Assembly (NCBI GenBank): GCA_002792115.1
Contig: PFNQ01000013.1
Location: 7,236-71,235 of the forward strand
Reading direction: 5' to 3'
DNA: 64,000 nucleotides
From: Candidatus Woesearchaeota archaeon CG_4_10_14_0_2_um_filter_33_13
GTDB taxonomy: Archaea; Nanobdellota; Nanobdellia; Woesearchaeales; GW2011-AR9
Part shown: positions 55,344 to 64,000 of the stretch, in pieces
Position numbering within the stretch: the stretch's first letter is position 1
Layout of the letters: each line of letters begins with the position of its first letter
Program-made: the position numbers and the translations under genes
The notes under the pieces: model-generated
What the model was told of the DNA's origin: nothing
Database searches by the model: none
The model's input: only the letters and a program-made list of their open reading frames with translations

Positions 55344-55441
55344 GCGAGGGTTGGAGAGCGGTCAAATCCGCTACCTTGAGGTTATTAAAGCAAAAGGGTA
55401 GTCCCTTAGTGGGTACGCGTGTTCAAATCACGTCCCTCGCA
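55344..55441 (+). tRNA. tRNA-Leu (anticodon GAG) with a ~14-nt intron 3' of position 37
   Basis: Folded by hand. Acceptor GCGAGGG/CCCTCGC plus discriminator A. 3-bp D stem with GG in the loop. Anticodon stem CTACC/GGTAG. Anticodon GAG at 55378-55380. Intron about 55382-55395. Long variable arm CCC-TTAGT-GGG. T arm GCGTG-TTCAAAT-CACGT. Confidence 0.85.
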
Positions 55442-55447
55442 TTTTTT
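55442..55447 (+). terminator. Oligo-T terminator after tRNA-Leu
   Basis: A T6 run immediately follows the discriminator base. Confidence 0.45.
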
Positions 55448-55681
55448 CATGTACTTTTCAAGAAAGATTTTTATATTCCAACAAATTAATTAATTTTAAT
55501 GAAACAAATTCAATTCAACGCTTTTGGTTTTAGCTTTTTCTAGACTTAAATTTCAATCAAGATAAATTCTCTTTTTGCTTGGATCCGAAAAATCTTTTGC
55601 GTCGGGGATGAAACTTGATTGCATGGCAAACAACAACCCAACATCTTTATTCTTATTTTAATCAAGGTAATGGAGGATAAA

Positions 55682-55942
55682 ATGAAAATTATAGTTCAAA
55701 TCTTAAATTTATTATTCTTGCCTAACTGTCCAAAGGAAGAAGCGGAAAGACCTGACTACTTCAAACAATGGGTTCGAACAAAATACGGAGTTTATCGAAA
55801 AGTAGAAGAACAACTTTTGTTAAATCCCGGTGACCTTGTTCTTTGCAGAAGCTATGCAAAACTTGAAGCTCAGATCAGAAATCGTTTCCCTAATGAATTA
55901 AGGGACAAGAATCTTGAAGAAGTTGTTATAAACTACCTTTAA
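55682..55942 (+). CDS. Hypothetical small protein
   Basis: ATG 55682 is preceded by GGAGG (taatGGAGGataaaATG). 86 aa. The longer track ORF starts at 55619. Confidence 0.45.
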   Translation: MKIIVQILNLLFLPNCPKEEAERPDYFKQWVRTKYGVYRKVEEQLLLNPGDLVLCRSYAKLEAQIRNRFPNELRDKNLEEVVINYL

Positions 55943-56008
55943 TTCTTATTTTTTTATTTCTTTTCCCTCACCCAAACATATTTAAACAACTAAATTCTTT
56001 GCTTCTCC

Positions 56009-56815
56009 ATGGAATCCACTTGGCAAATAACTCAAGAAACAAAAGTTTTACCGAAATTAAACAAACCCATTTTTATTGAAGGTTTACCTGGAATTGGAAA
56101 TGTTGGTAAGATTGCAGTTGATTATCTTGTTGAAGGGTTAAAAGCAAAGAGAATATATTCTTTTTTTTCTTACAAATTTCCCCATTCTGTTTTTGTTTCA
56201 GAAAAAAATTTAATAGAAATGCCCCGGATTGAAATTTTTTACAAAAAATCTACCGGCAAGGGAAGAGACTTTTTATTTTTAGTCGGGGACATTCAACCAA
56301 TTGATGAAGACAGTTGTTACTCTTTTTGTAATGAAATTTTAACTATCATAAAACAGTACAATTGTTCGGAGGTAATAACTACCGGCGGGATTGGTTTACA
56401 AACTATTCCAGATACCCCCAAAATATATTGTACTAGTAACGATGCTGAACTCTTAAAACAATATCACCAAAAAAGCAAGATTCTAGAAAAAGAAATATTT
56501 GGTGTAGTTGGTCCAATTGTTGGTGTTTCCGGAGTATTGTTGGGATTTGGTCAAAGGCAAGGAGTTAAAGGTGTTGCTTTACTAGCAGAGACTTATGGTC
56601 ATCCATTATATTTGGGAATAAAAGGGGCTAAAGAAATATTAAAAATCATTGATAAAAGATTTTCTTTAAAGATTAATCTGCAAAAAGTTGATAAAGATAT
56701 TCTTAGTTTGGAAAAAGAATTGTTAAAGAAGACTGCTGAGCTTTCCTCTGAGATATTGCATTCAACATCAGCTGGTGCAAAAGCAAGAGATAAAGATGTT
56801 AATTATATTGGTTAA
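56009..56815 (+). CDS. PAC2-family protein (proteasome-assembly-chaperone-like)
   Basis: IEGLPGIGNVGKIAVDYL is a typical PAC2 N-terminal motif. 268 aa. Confidence 0.7.
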   Translation: MESTWQITQETKVLPKLNKPIFIEGLPGIGNVGKIAVDYLVEGLKAKRIYSFFSYKFPHSVFVSEKNLIEMPRIEIFYKKSTGKGRDFLFLVGDIQPIDEDSCYSFCNEILTIIKQYNCSEVITTGGIGLQTIPDTPKIYCTSNDAELLKQYHQKSKILEKEIFGVVGPIVGVSGVLLGFGQRQGVKGVALLAETYGHPLYLGIKGAKEILKIIDKRFSLKINLQKVDKDILSLEKELLKKTAELSSEILHSTSAGAKARDKDVNYIG

Positions 56816-56924
56816 ATGCAATCCTACATTTTTTTAATTAAAACTCACACTTCTCAATTTAGCAAACTTAATGTATTTATTTGTTTTTTTAAGACGACAT
56901 TCTTCAAGTTAAGGTAACACAAGC

Positions 56925-56932
56925 TTTATAAA
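56925..56932 (+). promoter_or_regulatory. TATA box (TTTATAAA) for the 666-aa / giant-ORF unit
   Basis: 23 nt upstream of ATG 56955. Confidence 0.5.
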
Positions 56933-56954
56933 TAAATATAATATACTTTAATCA

Positions 56955-58955
56955 ATGCCAAAAAAGAGGTTGGGATGTGGTTTATTTAGTTTTCTTCCTA
57001 TTAGCTCAGGCTCTGGGCGAAGCTCTAAAAGAGGGCAAATCACTGTTTTTATTATTCTGGGCATTTTAATGTTGTTGGCATTGGTTTTAGTTATCGCTTT
57101 AAAATCAGAAATTTTTGCTTTTAAAACGGATGAAATCGCTCCTACAGAAAAAGGCAAAGTTGAAAATTATATTGTTGCGTGTATGGATAGACTTGGAGAA
57201 GAAGCTTTATTTAAAATTGGTCTTCAAAGCGGATACATTGAAGTACCTACCCAAATTGCTAAAGATAATCAACAAAGTTTGAGACTTTCTCCTATGAATG
57301 TAGTTCCCTATTGGGCGGTTGGGCCAAATATCTTTGTTCCCTCATTACAAGAGATAAAAGAACGGATTGATCTTTACATGGAAGAAAATATGCGCGATTG
57401 TCTTTTCTCTACTCAAGCTTTTACAGAACAATACGACCTAATCGAGAAAAGTGAAATTACTGCAGATACAAATATTGCTGAGAATCAAGTTATCTTTAAT
57501 ATTCATTGGGACATTGAAGTTAATAATAAAGCAGGAGAAGTTGTTAGTGAAGTTATCAACCATATTACTGAGTCTCCTGTGAAATTAAAGAAAGTTTATA
57601 CTATGGCAGTAAAGATTCTTGAGAATGAGATGCAATCATTAAAGGTGGAAGATATTACTCAAGACCTTATTGCTTTAGAACATCCTAAAGTGCCGGTAGC
57701 TGGAATTGAATTAAGATGTAGTAAAAAAACATGGGATGTTAAAGAAGCGGAGAGTACTTTGCTAAAGATGTTACGTATCAACATCCGAGAATTAAAAATT
57801 AAAGGGACCGATTTTTTAGAGTTTCCTGAAGAATTACCTTACTATGATAATCATTATGTTTGGGACATTGGAGAAGATATTTCTGAAAGAAAAGTTAGTG
57901 TAATGTTTAACTTTGATGAGACTTATCCACATGTTTTTGCAGTTACTCCTTTATCCGGCACAAAAATGGCTAGTTCTCAATTAGGTGGTACTGATCAAAT
58001 TTCTTTCTTATGTATTCAAACGTGGAAATTTACTTACGATTTGGTTTACCCGGTACTGGTAAGAGTGAGGGATGAAACAACCAATTATGAATTTAATATG
58101 GCCTTTACAGTTCATTTAATTCAGAACACTCCTAACAAAGGCGATCCTGTCGCTAGAGCTTCGTTGCAATTTCCTACAATAAATGCTGATGGGTATTGTA
58201 CTTCTGCTAATGTTCCAATGAGTATAAAAACTTATGAACTAGTAGAAAATGGTGAGGGAGTAAGTTATAACGAAGATTTGGGAGATGTTAACCTCAGCTT
58301 TACTTGTTTAAGATACAAATGTGACTTGGGCCAAAGTAAATACGACTACGCAGGTTTGGGTTTCTCTGGAATAAGTTTGAATGTGCCGTATTGTGTTGGA
58401 GGAATTTTAAGGGGAACTAAACCAGGATATAAAGAATCTTGGCAGAGAGTAGTTACAACGGCCGGCAAGGAAGCCGAGTTAAGCTTGACTCCAGTTATTA
58501 ATATTCCTCTCAATAAAATTAAGGTGGTTAAACATGATTTTACTGAAGTTAATGGAGTTAAAAATATTGGTCCTGCTCAAGAAGGTGCAGTTGAGGAGAC
58601 TACATTAATCAAACTTAAGTTTATTAAATCAAATCTTACCGAAACAAATTTAGAACATGAGGCTACTGTTGCAGTATCAAAACAGATGGACAAAAAAATA
58701 TTTGAAGAAGAGAAATTAGAATTGTTGGCTAAAGCCGATTTTACCTATTATTTGGAAGTGATGGTTTTCAGAGAAGAAGAGTTTATTGGAGGATATAAAG
58801 GTGAAGTAACCTTACCTTGGAGCCAATTAAAAGATGCTAGTCAATTAATCTTCCACATTTTATCCAGTAAAACAACTAATGAGGAAGAAATGTTTGCATT
58901 TATGACAAACATTGAAGAGCTGAGCAAAGAAATACCTGCTTTAGAAATAAAATAA
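56955..58955 (+). CDS. Large exported protein of unknown function with a class III (prepilin-like) signal motif
   Basis: 666 aa. N-terminus ..SSKRGQITVFIILGILMLLALVLVIAL. 9 Cys. TTTATAAA lies 23 nt upstream of the ATG. Confidence 0.7.
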   Translation: MPKKRLGCGLFSFLPISSGSGRSSKRGQITVFIILGILMLLALVLVIALKSEIFAFKTDEIAPTEKGKVENYIVACMDRLGEEALFKIGLQSGYIEVPTQIAKDNQQSLRLSPMNVVPYWAVGPNIFVPSLQEIKERIDLYMEENMRDCLFSTQAFTEQYDLIEKSEITADTNIAENQVIFNIHWDIEVNNKAGEVVSEVINHITESPVKLKKVYTMAVKILENEMQSLKVEDITQDLIALEHPKVPVAGIELRCSKKTWDVKEAESTLLKMLRINIRELKIKGTDFLEFPEELPYYDNHYVWDIGEDISERKVSVMFNFDETYPHVFAVTPLSGTKMASSQLGGTDQISFLCIQTWKFTYDLVYPVLVRVRDETTNYEFNMAFTVHLIQNTPNKGDPVARASLQFPTINADGYCTSANVPMSIKTYELVENGEGVSYNEDLGDVNLSFTCLRYKCDLGQSKYDYAGLGFSGISLNVPYCVGGILRGTKPGYKESWQRVVTTAGKEAELSLTPVINIPLNKIKVVKHDFTEVNGVKNIGPAQEGAVEETTLIKLKFIKSNLTETNLEHEATVAVSKQMDKKIFEEEKLELLAKADFTYYLEVMVFREEEFIGGYKGEVTLPWSQLKDASQLIFHILSSKTTNEEEMFAFMTNIEELSKEIPALEIK

Positions 58956-58986
58956 TTTCAGTTTAAGAAATGATGTATCATTAAAC

Positions 58987-61900
58987 ATGGTCAATATGAA
59001 AAGACATTGGAAAAGTAAGTGGTTATTAACCATCATTGTATTGGTTATAATGATTAACCTACCAATAATCAGTGCTTTAGAACTCTCAAACGTTCGAGCA
59101 GAAGACATCACTGATAATAGTGCCAATGTTAAATGGGACACCGATGAACCGGCAGATAGTTTTGTAAGTTATGGAAATGATAAAACTAATTTACAAAAAG
59201 TTGGTGATGCTAAACAGTTAACAGAACACGGATTCTATTTAACTGGATTAAATGCAGAACAAGAATATTTTTACAAGGTAGAAAGTAATGATGTTGTTGA
59301 CGATAATTCTGGGTCTCTTTATTCTTTTAAGACTTTAGCCCCAGATAAAACTCCTCCTGCGTTACAGGTAGATCTTCCTGAAATGATGGCGGGAACAAGG
59401 ATGGATGTTATCGGATGGACCGAGCCAGGAGCGGAAGTTTCCTTATTCTTGGATGGGTCTTTAGCCGGAAACACCAGAGCAGAGTTGGAAAATGCTAGCA
59501 ATGTGATTACCTCGAACTTTACGGAAGAAATTATTGAAGAACAGCCAATTGAAGATGTTACAATTGAGGAAATGGTAGATGAAGAAGTTACAATTAATAA
59601 TAGCACTGAACAGATTGAACAGATTTTGGAAGAGATTAATATTACTTCTGATCCTACGTCTGAATCTACCTCTGAGTCATTAACAAATGAAACTAACATT
59701 AACATTACAGAAAATGCTATTACCGGCCAAGCTTTTTTTGGTAATAATGATAATGACAAAACTGCCGAGAAACCGCAAGGAAAATTTACTTTTAATAACA
59801 TTTTAATAAACAAGGACGATTATACTAATATTACTATAGAATCAATTGATGCTTCTGGAAACAAAGCCACTTTCTCTGGTCAAGTTTTTTCAGATAATAG
59901 CAAACCAAAAATTGAAATTGGTAATTACTCTAATGTTATAGACACTAACTCTATTGATTTAGCAGTAATTTTTTCTGAAGAAGTTGAATTTGAAATTTTT
60001 GCTGATAATCGTTCTGTAAAGAAAGGTCAGGGAACAAGTATGAATGAAAGCATTTCTTTACAAGAAGGAGAAAATAAAATTAAGATTATAGCCAAAGATG
60101 TTGCAGGTTGGGAAACCACAAAAGAAATTGTTGTTTTATCTGACACTCAACCTCCAACAGTTAAGATAGAGATTGAAAAGGGAAATGAATATTATCAAGG
60201 AAGAGCTGTTTCTAACATTCATGGAGAGACTGAACCAGGAGCAACTTTGTATCTTTATGTTTACCGTCCACAAGCATATGAATTTAGTCCTGATTTCAAA
60301 CGGCCATGGACAAGAGTAACGGCAGATCAAAACGGAACCTTTACCTTTTCTGATGTTAACTTTGAAGGTGAACCAATAAGTTTAGAAGATTTTGCACCAA
60401 AACAAGTTCCATCAGGATTAGAACAATATTCTATTTTCCCAGTAGAATTAGTTAATGAACAGCAAAGGCACACTTATTACTTATTTGTTATTGCTGAAGA
60501 TCAGACTGGTAAAACTTCTTCTGCTCAAGCAACCATCACTATTAATAGTTGTTATACTGGAGATTGGGCTTTTGATGTTAGATCTGTTCCAGAATTTCAA
60601 AGACCAATGCGTCTTGATCCTGGACTGTTAGATGAAGGAAGAGAACAAGTTACTGCCGTTTTCAATTTAAGTTATCGTGGCAGTGCGTCGCCTAAAATTA
60701 ACGTTTTAAATCCGCAAGACAAAGAAGAGGCATTTCAAATTGTTGATGTTGTTTTTGATCGTGCCTGCACACAAAGTATGATGGATGATGAACAATTCCG
60801 GCTAGGATGTAGTATCTTGCCGCCTAGTCCAAATAAAATCAAGAATGGCGATGGGACCGCTTGGTATTTAACTTACAAGCTAAGTAGTTCTCAAAAGTTA
60901 AGCGAAGCAAAAGACGATTTTTGGGATGAATTTCAAAAAAGACAATTAATTTTTCCAATGAAGTTGAGGATACAATATCAAGAAAGACAACCGGGGGGAG
61001 AGTTTGGTCCAGTAAAAACTCAAACTAGTTGCTATGATCTTGGTTATTTTGTGGATATTCCCATTGATAGTAAGGATATGATTCCTGATTGGTTAGCAGA
61101 TGAAGGGATGGATGCAATTGAAGGGACATTAAATGTTATTGATACAATCTTGCCTTATTTAGAAAAAGCAATTTTAGTAACTGGTTATGCTTGCATTTTC
61201 TCTTTCTTAGGAAGAATGACGATGCGCTGGATTAGAATTTTTGTTGCTAAGATGGAAGTCTATTCTTCTAAGATGAAGAAAGAAGGGGAGAAATGTCCTT
61301 CAAATCAAAACGGTTATTATTTGAAAAGTACCATTGATCATTGGAAAGAGATTGAAAATATTTTTGGAAAAACCCCAGGAGAAGACAACCAACCGAAAGG
61401 AGATTGGAAGAATCAGAAACCGCTTGATGATCTTTGTCCAAGTACAGCTAGTATGTGGAAAGTTGAAGCAGCATTAGATCAGGCTTATCGTTGGACTTGT
61501 GATCGAGTATATTGTCGGGCAGTTCCTGCTGGATGGACAGCTAGTAAGACTAAAGATCAAGTTGAAACGGTTATTTTAGCACAGAATCAATGTACTGTTA
61601 GTAGTAGAGGAATTCCTTTGCAAGAGGTTGAGAATTGTCAAGAATTATTAACACAAGATGTTACCAATCCTTCTCAAAAAGCACAAGCTTTAGTTAAGAA
61701 AGGAGCCTTTACTTGTTATCGTTACAACGGCCGTTTATATCAAGTAACTTCAGAACAAACTCAAAGTGATGTTGGGGAAGTTGTTACATTAGAGATGATC
61801 CATGACTTTGGTTTAACGATTAATCAAGGATCACAATTTATTGGTTATAGTAATCTAATTGCTTACAAACCCCCTAGGTCTGATCAATTTATTGTTGGAC

Positions 61901-64000
61901 AAGATCAAAGTTGTAAGAATGCTTGTAAAAATCCACGCAAACCAGGTTACAAACCAGACTTGGAAGGAAGCATAACTAACCTTAAATCAGAAACTGCTAC
62001 AAGCCCTGAACATAATGGCTGTTATCAAGAAGTGTACCAAGATGGTTCTTTTAGTGGAGCAACAACGTTAGTTGGATCAAAAGGACCAATGACTGGCAAT
62101 AGATTTTCTGCTGGTTATACTAAAGATTGCTTTGTTGATTTCAATAAAGGTTCTGGTTTATCCACCCAAACAACTACTAACGAAAGTTGTAGTGGAACAC
62201 CAGATTGTGTAAGTGGTAATAGTGGACAATGTATTAATAACAAATGTGTTTATCAAACAACTAGCGACATTGATGTAATTGGACCTAACTCTGCCACGGG
62301 CACAACAGGTTTATTACAATGTGTATGTACTGTTGATGAGAAACAAGAACAAAAATATGGGGCGAGAACAGCAGCAAAGGAAGTTGAAGAATCTGACACT
62401 TCTGAAGATTGGGTTTATCGTCAATCTTCAATCTTTAAAGATACTCGAGGCATGTACGGAACATATTATCCCGAATGGCGTTATTATGGTGGAAGAGATT
62501 TATCCTCTGCTTTTGGTGCAGACTATCTCTTAGATTATTTTGGTACGGAAAAAACAGTTCATGAAGTTAATCCCCATACCCAATTCCTTGGAATTTACCA
62601 AACCATTTGTTTATCTGGAATTAGAGCACATCTAGTGATGTTAAAAAGTATACTTGAAGGATTGAGGGGATGTATTGAACAAGCTAAGTACACGGGATTA
62701 ACTGATGCTGGAACTTGTAAAACTATTTTCTCACAACATGTATGTGGGTTAATCTATAAAGCAATTGCTTATTTCTTTACCAGTTGTAGTCCACATTCCT
62801 TTGCAGATGAAACCAAAACAGAAGGTGGAGTAGTAGAAGGTATTGGTGAAGTCTTTAGTGCAGGGTTTGGCTCTATTGGAGAAGCAATGCAATCTTCAAT
62901 AGATGATATCAAATCTGATTATGGAAATGCTAAATTAAATGAATACTTTTCAACTGGAGCAAGAGGCTTTACAGAATCATTATGTATGGCTGCTTTTGGT
63001 TATGATTGGCCGTTAGGTATGGACTTTATTCTAGATTCAGCATACTCTTATCCTATGAAATCAACAGTAATGGTTTTCCCAGCAGAAAGAGAACTTGCTA
63101 CTTTTAATCCAACTAAAGGGACTGCTGTTTATAATTATAATCTTGGCGCGATGGTCTTGCCTGGTTGTCAGATTAAAAGTGCAGACGTTTATTTGAAATG
63201 TGTCGGCCCAGAAGATCAAGGTCATCCAGGGTTACAATGTGGTAACCAGGGTTGTGATTGTATACACGCAACAGAATCATCTTCATTGGAAGGAGAAAAA
63301 ATACGTTATTTGGATAATGGACGACAGTTTAACATAAAGCAAGGTTCTTTTATTGACTTAAAGATTCCTTCTCCACAAAAGATTGACTCTCAATATAGGT
63401 ATGATCATGTTGTAGTTAAACTTGTGTTGGACTCTTCTGAATCTCCAGACAATTGTTTTGATGAAGGTTATAAAGACGGATTATTTTATTTCCCAATAAT
63501 TGATATATCTCCTCCTGCAGAATTCATTTGTCAAGTGCAACCAACTACAGGAAGATATTATTGTCCAGAAGTTGTTAAGATGTTTGGTGGTGGTGGCGGA
63601 GCGTATTTAGAAGATCCTTACATTAGTTGTTATGACAAAGATTCAGAATCTTACGTCTCGTGTAAAACTCCCAATTTGTTTGTTAAAGGAGACCAGATTA
63701 AAGTTAAAACTCATGTAGTTACGGATGGAGAAGCTTATTGTTTAAGGATGAGTGCTACCGGATTAGGTCCAGATAAACAAGAATTAGGCATCAAGCAACT
63801 GCCAAAGAATCTTCCTGGTCCGTATGGTATTGAAACTAATCTCGGAACTGTTTCGCCAGAATTATTTTCCGGAGCATATAATTCTATGACCCTTACTTCA
63901 GATAGTGACCCACAATGTAGCAGGCAAGTACAATACAATAATTTTCCGCAAGGACAAATAGCTCAAAAGTCTTACACCTTTACCTATACTGTAACTAATA
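58987..64000 (+). CDS. Giant surface protein, 5' part only (at least 1,671 codons, open to the window end)
   Basis: I translated it codon by codon from ATG 58987 to 64000 and found no stop. It is not in the supplied track. It has a signal/TM (KWLLTIIVLVIMINLPIISA) and an FN3-like domain (AEDITDNSANVKWDTDEPADSFVSYG..YFYKVES). Ig-like modules follow (TPP..TEPGA), then a hydrophobic segment near codon 726 and a region with about 40 Cys. Confidence 0.85.
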   Translation, partial: MVNMKRHWKSKWLLTIIVLVIMINLPIISALELSNVRAEDITDNSANVKWDTDEPADSFVSYGNDKTNLQKVGDAKQLTEHGFYLTGLNAEQEYFYKVESNDVVDDNSGSLYSFKTLAPDKTPPALQVDLPEMMAGTRMDVIGWTEPGAEVSLFLDGSLAGNTRAELENASNVITSNFTEEIIEEQPIEDVTIEEMVDEEVTINNSTEQIEQILEEINITSDPTSESTSESLTNETNINITENAITGQAFFGNNDNDKTAEKPQGKFTFNNILINKDDYTNITIESIDASGNKATFSGQVFSDNSKPKIEIGNYSNVIDTNSIDLAVIFSEEVEFEIFADNRSVKKGQGTSMNESISLQEGENKIKIIAKDVAGWETTKEIVVLSDTQPPTVKIEIEKGNEYYQGRAVSNIHGETEPGATLYLYVYRPQAYEFSPDFKRPWTRVTADQNGTFTFSDVNFEGEPISLEDFAPKQVPSGLEQYSIFPVELVNEQQRHTYYLFVIAEDQTGKTSSAQATITINSCYTGDWAFDVRSVPEFQRPMRLDPGLLDEGREQVTAVFNLSYRGSASPKINVLNPQDKEEAFQIVDVVFDRACTQSMMDDEQFRLGCSILPPSPNKIKNGDGTAWYLTYKLSSSQKLSEAKDDFWDEFQKRQLIFPMKLRIQYQERQPGGEFGPVKTQTSCYDLGYFVDIPIDSKDMIPDWLADEGMDAIEGTLNVIDTILPYLEKAILVTGYACIFSFLGRMTMRWIRIFVAKMEVYSSKMKKEGEKCPSNQNGYYLKSTIDHWKEIENIFGKTPGEDNQPKGDWKNQKPLDDLCPSTASMWKVEAALDQAYRWTCDRVYCRAVPAGWTASKTKDQVETVILAQNQCTVSSRGIPLQEVENCQELLTQDVTNPSQKAQALVKKGAFTCYRYNGRLYQVTSEQTQSDVGEVVTLEMIHDFGLTINQGSQFIGYSNLIAYKPPRSDQFIVGQDQSCKNACKNPRKPGYKPDLEGSITNLKSETATSPEHNGCYQEVYQDGSFSGATTLVGSKGPMTGNRFSAGYTKDCFVDFNKGSGLSTQTTTNESCSGTPDCVSGNSGQCINNKCVYQTTSDIDVIGPNSATGTTGLLQCVCTVDEKQEQKYGARTAAKEVEESDTSEDWVYRQSSIFKDTRGMYGTYYPEWRYYGGRDLSSAFGADYLLDYFGTEKTVHEVNPHTQFLGIYQTICLSGIRAHLVMLKSILEGLRGCIEQAKYTGLTDAGTCKTIFSQHVCGLIYKAIAYFFTSCSPHSFADETKTEGGVVEGIGEVFSAGFGSIGEAMQSSIDDIKSDYGNAKLNEYFSTGARGFTESLCMAAFGYDWPLGMDFILDSAYSYPMKSTVMVFPAERELATFNPTKGTAVYNYNLGAMVLPGCQIKSADVYLKCVGPEDQGHPGLQCGNQGCDCIHATESSSLEGEKIRYLDNGRQFNIKQGSFIDLKIPSPQKIDSQYRYDHVVVKLVLDSSESPDNCFDEGYKDGLFYFPIIDISPPAEFICQVQPTTGRYYCPEVVKMFGGGGGAYLEDPYISCYDKDSESYVSCKTPNLFVKGDQIKVKTHVVTDGEAYCLRMSATGLGPDKQELGIKQLPKNLPGPYGIETNLGTVSPELFSGAYNSMTLTSDSDPQCSRQVQYNNFPQGQIAQKSYTFTYTVTN

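Noticed and set aside
55225-55700. A tRNA-associated integration site or mobile element next to tRNA-Leu
   Set aside because: No integrase, no direct repeat of the tRNA 3' end, and no compositional break are visible in the flanking 1-2 kb.
58953-58989. Possible stop-codon read-through or fusion between the 666-aa ORF and the giant ORF, which share a reading frame
   Set aside because: Two in-frame stops (TAA 58953-55 and TGA 58971-73) separate them. The giant ORF also has its own Met plus signal-peptide start, so two separate genes is the simpler reading.
59319-59813. 164-aa minus-strand ORF (Ser/Val-rich, membrane-looking), together with the ORFs at 60136-60330 (-), 62279-62533 (+) and 63735-63938 (-) from the track
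   Set aside because: All lie inside, antisense to or out of frame with the continuous open frame of at least 1,671 codons that starts at 58987. Their composition is what a shadow of an AT-rich coding strand would give.

Overview
This window is AT-rich, very gene-dense and archaeal. The markers are TFB, aMBF1, RadB, AglB/STT3, GatD, archaeal-type uS2, AMP phosphorylase, an intron-containing tRNA-Leu, and TTTATAAA TATA boxes 21-24 nt upstream of many start codons. The short overlapping genes, the purine and methyl-cycle salvage genes in place of biosynthesis, and the huge surface proteins fit a small-genome DPANN-like archaeon; that placement is inference only. Layout: (1) 1-23.3 kb is a glycosylation island. 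It holds GT4/GT2 transferases, methyltransferases, a complete GDP-D-glycero-alpha-D-manno-heptose pathway with an HddC-GmhB fusion, a B12-radical SAM enzyme, an FGGY kinase, two paralogous nucleotidyltransferases, GDPD, a cupin, a histidine phosphatase and a Wzx flippase, and it ends with AglB. (2) 24.0-31.2 kb is a tight six-gene minus-strand operon: a DPPR-synthase-like UbiA enzyme, three GT-C membrane proteins, a membrane thioredoxin-like protein and a processive QRRRW GT2 synthase. (3) 31.3-38.6 kb is housekeeping: radB, rps2, a YvcK-like gene, HAD, an NTP-transferase, AMP phosphorylase, dut and trmI. (4) 38.8-43.6 kb holds two C-terminally anchored surface proteins. (5) 44.4-56.8 kb holds tfb, a degenerate tandem HIT protein, an ahcY/kinase/mtnP/apt salvage operon, gatD, mgtC, a membrane J-domain protein, tRNA-Leu(GAG) and PAC2. 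(6) 56.9-64.0 kb holds a 666-aa protein with a prepilin-like signal, followed by a giant ORF of at least 1,671 codons that runs off the window and is missing from the supplied ORF track. I saw no rRNA, CRISPR array, transposase or integrase. The most interesting items are the unlisted giant Cys-rich surface ORF locus, the UbiA/GT-C/GT2 envelope-glycan operon, the heptose pathway in an archaeon, and structured non-coding regions between aglB and mbf1 and upstream of rps2.
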